Virus record (IMG/VR): IMGVR_UViG_3300046808_000835
Location: 1-55,838 of that record
Length of the DNA stretch: 55,838 nucleotides
Strand: one strand, 5' to 3'
Origin: a virus
Lineage: Duplodnaviria > Caudoviricetes
Part shown: piece by piece, positions 51,146 to 55,838 of the stretch
Position numbering within the stretch: position 1 is the stretch's first letter
How the letters are laid out: each line of letters begins with the position of its first letter
Position numbers and translations under genes: made by a program
Notes under the pieces: model-generated
Database searches by the model: none
Seen by the model: only the letters and a program-made list of their open reading frames with translations
Told to the model about the DNA's origin: nothing

Positions 51146-54100
51146 TGGCAACAACTGTAAATACTGCTGATTTAGAATTAGGTGGGATTGGCGAATATCG
51201 CACCGGCGCTTTTTCGCCTAAAGAAGTTCGTTTAATACCCAGCACAAATTTATTTAGAGTTAGTAAAGACGGTACTGTTAGTGTTAATGACATAACACTA
51301 ACAGTACAACGAGTATATGTAACAGGTACAGCCACCTTTACTACAACTCCATCTGTTACACTAACTGGCTCTGGAGATACTCGCACACTAAGTTATACAA
51401 ATCTTGGTGCAAATAATACAGTTGTGATAACTGTTAGTGTTACTGATAGTGCTGATGGCACAGTTTATACTGACAGCGTTACCATTGCCAAAGTTACCGA
51501 TGGTAGCGACAGTTTAACAGTTGCACTTAGCAACGAAGCTTGCAGTGTACCAGGCAATGCATTGGGTCAAACTGCAAGTTTTGCTGGCACTGGTACCACG
51601 ATCGAAGTTTATGAAGGTAGTCAAAAACTAACTTATGTAACCGGCACACTCACAAACAGTAGCTTTAGCGTTACGACTTCAGTTAGTCCTGCTGCGAAAA
51701 TAACCGTTGGTACTATTACTGGTGCTAATACTACGACCGCAACAGTTGCAAACCATAGCGCACTAGCAGACGATACTGATTTAGTAGCCATTACTTATAC
51801 CATTAGTGCTAAACGTAGTAATGGTACTACTAGTACGCTTACCGCTACTCAATCAATTACAAAAACTCGTAGCGGTTTAAATTTTAGTGATGCAAAAGTA
51901 CTATTTACTGATACCACTTTTGCAACTGGTTTAAATGATGTTGCAGTATACAATAACAGTGGCGGCGGTACTGTTACTGTTACCAGAGAAGCTGCTCAAG
52001 CAGATTCGCCTTTTATAAATGTTAGTAGCTTTAACATAAAAGTTAGTAATACAGGCACAGCCAGTCCTGGTATTGGTGGCTTTGTACATGCAACTACAAG
52101 TCGTGCAAATGCTGTTTTTGCTCAACGCGTTATTGCAAAAATACCTGTTGGATACACACTACAGTGGGCCAGTAATGCTATTGGGGATAATTCAACACAG
52201 CGTTGGATAACTAGCCAAGCAGGAACTGGCAACTTTGAAGAATACATAGTTATTCGTAAATGCGGAGCAACTGGAACTTTTTCAAGTACTGGTCATTTAT
52301 ACTTAACTGGTACTGTAGGTACTCCCGCTGCACCAGTTAACTGGTATTTGGCTTATGCAACTGTATACGACTTTACTGCACCTGCTAACTTACTAACAAG
52401 TGCTAGATTAACAAAAGATTCTGTTACAGTGCCTGCTAGCAGTGATGGCACTGTAAGTGATTTTAGTGCTGCCACAACCACTTTTCGTGTTTACAACGGA
52501 GCAACAGACGATACTGCAAACTGGACTATTACAGCTACACCCGGTACTGGTGTAACAGGTACAGCTAGTGGTTCGCCTGCAAATAGTACATATACACTAA
52601 CTGGTTTATCACAAGATAGTGGCACCGTTACATTTACTGCTAGCAGATCTGGCTATAGTAGTTTAACTAGTACTTTTACTGTTGTTAAGGCACGAGCAGG
52701 TGTAACTGGAACTAATGCCGCATACGTTGTTGTAAACAGTACTCAAGGTCAAGCATTTAAATTTGCAAGCGGAGCTAGTACTCCTACTAATGGCAATAGT
52801 TTAATTTTTACTGCCACATTAAACGGTGGATTAAGTGCTTACCAATGGCAGTATTATAATGGCACTGCCTGGACAAATTTTAGTGCTGCTACTTCAAGCA
52901 GCTTTACATTAGCTTATAATGATGCTGCTTGGGGCAGTGCAGTGGCACTTAATATTCGTTGTTTAAGTGGTTCACAGTCCGACGAAGTTACTGTAGTTAA
53001 ATTATCTGATGGTACAAATGGTACAAATGGTACAAATGGTACAAATGGTACAAATGGTATTAATACTGCTACTGTTACATTATATGCTAAAAACACTAGT
53101 AGCAGTACTCCACCCGCAGCTTTTAGTGGCACTTTTACTTATACCTTTAGTACTGCCGCACTAACTGGCGGTACTCTAAATACTTGGAGCACCACAGCTC
53201 CTAGTATTACTAACGGCGAATATTTATGGGCTCGTTACGCCGTAGCTGCTAGTAGTGCTGCTACAGATACTGTAGATACCGCAGAGTTTTCTAGTGCTGT
53301 AGTAGTAGCTGTTGGTGGTATTAACGGTATTAATGGCACTAATGGTACTAACGGTACTAACGGTACTAATGGAGTTAATACTGCTACTGTTACATTATAT
53401 GCTAAAAATACTAGCAGCAGTGCTGCACCCGCAGCTTTTAGTGGTACTTTTACTTATACTTTTAGTAGTGCAGCATTAACTGGCGGTACTCTAAATACTT
53501 GGAGTACTACAGCTCCTAGTATTACTAATGGTGAGTATTTATGGGCTCGTTATGCTGTAGCTGCTAGTAATACTGCTACAGATACTATAGATACAACAGA
53601 GTTTTCTACTGCCGTTGTAGTAGGTATTGGCGGCACTAATGGTAGTAATGGTACTAATGGGGTTAATACTGCTACTGTTACATTATATGCTAAAAATACT
53701 AGCAGCAGTACCGCACCTACAGCTTTTAGTGGTACTTTTACTTATACTTTTAGTACTGCAGCATTAACTGGTGGTACGCTAAATACTTGGAGTACTACAG
53801 CTCCTAGCATTACTAATGGTGAGTACTTATGGGCTCGTTATGCTGTAGCTGCTAGTAGCGCCGCTACAGATACTGTAGATACAGCCGAGTTTTCTAGTGC
53901 TGTAGTAGTGGCTATTGGAGGTATTAATGGTACTAATGGTACTAATGGTACTAATGGTACTAATGGTACCAATGGTATTAATACTGCTACTGTTACATTA
54001 TATGCTAAAAATACTAGCAGCAGTACTGCACCTACAGCTTTCAGCGGTACTTTTACTTATACTTTTAGTAGTGCAGCATTAACTGGTGGCACTCTAAATA

Positions 54101-55838
54101 CTTGGAGTACCACAGCTCCTAGTATTACTAATGGTGAGTATTTATGGGCTCGTTATGCTGTAGCTGCTAACAATACAGCTACAGATACTATAGATACAAC
54201 AGAATTTTCTACTGCCGTTGTAATAGCTGTTGGCGGTATTAATGGCACCAATGGAGTAAACGCTGTTAGTGGTTACTTAACTAACGAATCTCACACAATA
54301 CCCGCAGATAATGCCGGAACAGTTCAAAGTGGTGACTACGCTGCAGCAGGCGGCACTTTTAAAGTTTATAACGGTATTACTGATGTAACCACAAGTAGTA
54401 CTTTTAGTGTAGTAGGCACACCTACCGGCATTACTGCTAGTATAGTTAGTAATACCGGCGTATACACTCTAAGTAATATGAGTGTTAACTCAACAACAGT
54501 TACTTTTAGAGCCACATATAGCGGCACTACTATAGATAAAGTTTATAGTATTTCTAAGTCTAGAACTGGTAGCAGCGGTCAACGTGGTAGTGTAAGTTTT
54601 GATATAGCAACCACTCAAACCACTTGGAATGCTACTGTTGAGTCGGAAATCAACACATATTATACCAATAACTACAGTTCAACTAAAGTATTAAATGATC
54701 GTGTAACTGCTTACAATACTAGCGCAGGTTTTTCACAAACACGCTACTGGAGTGGTTCCGCTTGGATTCAGGCAACTAGTGTAGTTGATGGTAACTTAAT
54801 TGTAACTGGTACAATTACTGGTGATAAGTTAGTTACTAATACGATTACTACTAATAAACTATTGGTAACAGGACAAGGTGCTGCACTTAATAATGATCCA
54901 AGTACACAAGATATTACTGCTTGGACTTCAAGTGGGTCGGGTACCGCACCTAGTTTTAGTATACAGACGCTTACTGACGGTGTCGTTGGGGATAAGGCAC
55001 TTAGAGGCACAGGCGGAGTACATGTTCTTTCTAGAACTATACCTGTTGATGCAACTAAAAAATATCGTGTACGCTGTCGCGCGCGTCGCAGTACCGATGC
55101 AACAGGCACATTTTATTTACGACTATATCAATATGATGCCGCAGGAGCTCAAGTAGAAATTGTTGCTGGTTTTGAGGGAGTTGCCATTACTACTGCATGG
55201 CAAACTTTTACTTCCAGCGCGCTTACTCTTAATACTAGTACCGTTTCGGCCAAAGTAGCAGTTGTACTTAATTGGAATACTACTACTGGTTATATGGAAG
55301 CGCAAGATATTAGGTGTGAGCAAGTAATTGGTGGAGATTTAATTGTTGACGGCTCTTTAACTGCAGATAAAATTGATAGTCGTGGTTTAAGCATTAAAGA
55401 TGCTAATGGCAACGTATTATTTTCAGCCGGAGTACCACTAAGTTCTAGTAATATTACGCCTGCGTCAGGATGGTTAAACTCAAATATCAGTATTAATTCA
55501 AGCGGTGCACTTAGTGGTGCTGGTGGTGGACAAGTTACTATCGGCGGATTAGGCTATACAGGTGCATTAGATGCTAATAAAACATCTATAGACGCTAATG
55601 GTGCTATACAAGGTGTTAGTAGTGGTGCTGGTACCACAGTTGCTAATAGCCAAATTACTATTAGTAGTGGAGCTATTCAAGGTATTGGAACAGGTGCTGG
55701 TACCACAGTTGCTAATAGCAGTATAGCAGTTAATGGTAGTGGTCAAATTACGGGTATTGGTACGGGGGATAGTACTACAGTAGCTAATAGCCAAATTACT
55801 ATTAGCAGTGGAGCTATTCAAGGTATTGGAACAGGTGC
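51145..55838 (+). CDS. Long tail fibre / host-specificity protein, >1,560 aa, truncated by window end
   Basis: TAATG overlap; frame open to the window end (hence absent from ORF track); Ig-like LSNE/LTNE modules, two carbohydrate-binding-like domains, DGNLIVTGTITGDKL and DGSLTADKI trimer motifs. Confidence 0.85.
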   Translation, partial: MATTVNTADLELGGIGEYRTGAFSPKEVRLIPSTNLFRVSKDGTVSVNDITLTVQRVYVTGTATFTTTPSVTLTGSGDTRTLSYTNLGANNTVVITVSVTDSADGTVYTDSVTIAKVTDGSDSLTVALSNEACSVPGNALGQTASFAGTGTTIEVYEGSQKLTYVTGTLTNSSFSVTTSVSPAAKITVGTITGANTTTATVANHSALADDTDLVAITYTISAKRSNGTTSTLTATQSITKTRSGLNFSDAKVLFTDTTFATGLNDVAVYNNSGGGTVTVTREAAQADSPFINVSSFNIKVSNTGTASPGIGGFVHATTSRANAVFAQRVIAKIPVGYTLQWASNAIGDNSTQRWITSQAGTGNFEEYIVIRKCGATGTFSSTGHLYLTGTVGTPAAPVNWYLAYATVYDFTAPANLLTSARLTKDSVTVPASSDGTVSDFSAATTTFRVYNGATDDTANWTITATPGTGVTGTASGSPANSTYTLTGLSQDSGTVTFTASRSGYSSLTSTFTVVKARAGVTGTNAAYVVVNSTQGQAFKFASGASTPTNGNSLIFTATLNGGLSAYQWQYYNGTAWTNFSAATSSSFTLAYNDAAWGSAVALNIRCLSGSQSDEVTVVKLSDGTNGTNGTNGTNGTNGINTATVTLYAKNTSSSTPPAAFSGTFTYTFSTAALTGGTLNTWSTTAPSITNGEYLWARYAVAASSAATDTVDTAEFSSAVVVAVGGINGINGTNGTNGTNGTNGVNTATVTLYAKNTSSSAAPAAFSGTFTYTFSSAALTGGTLNTWSTTAPSITNGEYLWARYAVAASNTATDTIDTTEFSTAVVVGIGGTNGSNGTNGVNTATVTLYAKNTSSSTAPTAFSGTFTYTFSTAALTGGTLNTWSTTAPSITNGEYLWARYAVAASSAATDTVDTAEFSSAVVVAIGGINGTNGTNGTNGTNGTNGINTATVTLYAKNTSSSTAPTAFSGTFTYTFSSAALTGGTLNTWSTTAPSITNGEYLWARYAVAANNTATDTIDTTEFSTAVVIAVGGINGTNGVNAVSGYLTNESHTIPADNAGTVQSGDYAAAGGTFKVYNGITDVTTSSTFSVVGTPTGITASIVSNTGVYTLSNMSVNSTTVTFRATYSGTTIDKVYSISKSRTGSSGQRGSVSFDIATTQTTWNATVESEINTYYTNNYSSTKVLNDRVTAYNTSAGFSQTRYWSGSAWIQATSVVDGNLIVTGTITGDKLVTNTITTNKLLVTGQGAALNNDPSTQDITAWTSSGSGTAPSFSIQTLTDGVVGDKALRGTGGVHVLSRTIPVDATKKYRVRCRARRSTDATGTFYLRLYQYDAAGAQVEIVAGFEGVAITTAWQTFTSSALTLNTSTVSAKVAVVLNWNTTTGYMEAQDIRCEQVIGGDLIVDGSLTADKIDSRGLSIKDANGNVLFSAGVPLSSSNITPASGWLNSNISINSSGALSGAGGGQVTIGGLGYTGALDANKTSIDANGAIQGVSSGAGTTVANSQITISSGAIQGIGTGAGTTVANSSIAVNGSGQITGIGTGDSTTVANSQITISSGAIQGIGTG
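53011..54258 (+). repeat. Four ~96-105-aa tandem domains joined by (GTN)n linkers
   Basis: NTATVTLYAKNTSSS...GEYLWARYAVAA units starting 53059, 53374, 53662, 53977. Confidence 0.95.
55600..55838 (+). repeat. ~23-24-aa repeats GAIQGIGTGAGTTVANSQITISS
   Basis: At least three copies, continuing past the window end. Confidence 0.85.

Noticed and set aside
53011-54258. Diversity-generating retroelement TR/VR pair
   Set aside because: Repeats are in-frame tandem domains, differences are not adenine-specific, and no reverse transcriptase is present.
1-55838. Stop-codon reassignment or prophage state
   Set aside because: Long genes are intact in the standard code and end in TAA, TAG and TGA; no suppressor tRNA, integrase, repressor or host genes seen.

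Overview
This window is part of a lytic T5-like (Demerecviridae-like) siphophage genome. The host is plausibly a betaproteobacterium (inferred from the tmRNA tag and accessory gene types). Layout: (i) 1-13.8 kb, minus strand: a tRNA/ncRNA cluster (10 tRNAs, a circularly permuted tmRNA, several stem-bracketed candidate ncRNAs) mixed with accessory genes, including an N-terminal fragment of a cytochrome P450-like gene, a cupin, rubrerythrin plus rubredoxin, UvsE, DUF5664 and a five-gene coiled-coil/collagen/C1q fibre-like operon. (ii) 13.9-24.6 kb, plus strand: early genes (SleB hydrolase, ThyX, about 30 small hypotheticals, T5 D2- and D3-like). (iii) 24.6-25.3 kb: a repeat- and palindrome-dense non-coding block resembling the T5 injection-stop signal. 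(iv) 25.3-31.6 kb, minus strand: pre-early-like genes (two A2-like, dmp-like, DEDDh nuclease, two SprT-like, acidic proteins) interleaved with eight copies of an antisense promoter-GGCGC-palindrome module; I found no AGCT in this segment. (v) 31.9 kb-end, plus strand: T5-type virion module (TerS, TerL, HNH nickase, portal, fused protease-capsid, tail genes, 2,373-aa tape measure, hub, and a >1,560-aa repeat-rich fibre running off the window). All family calls come from motif recognition by eye; no searches were run.
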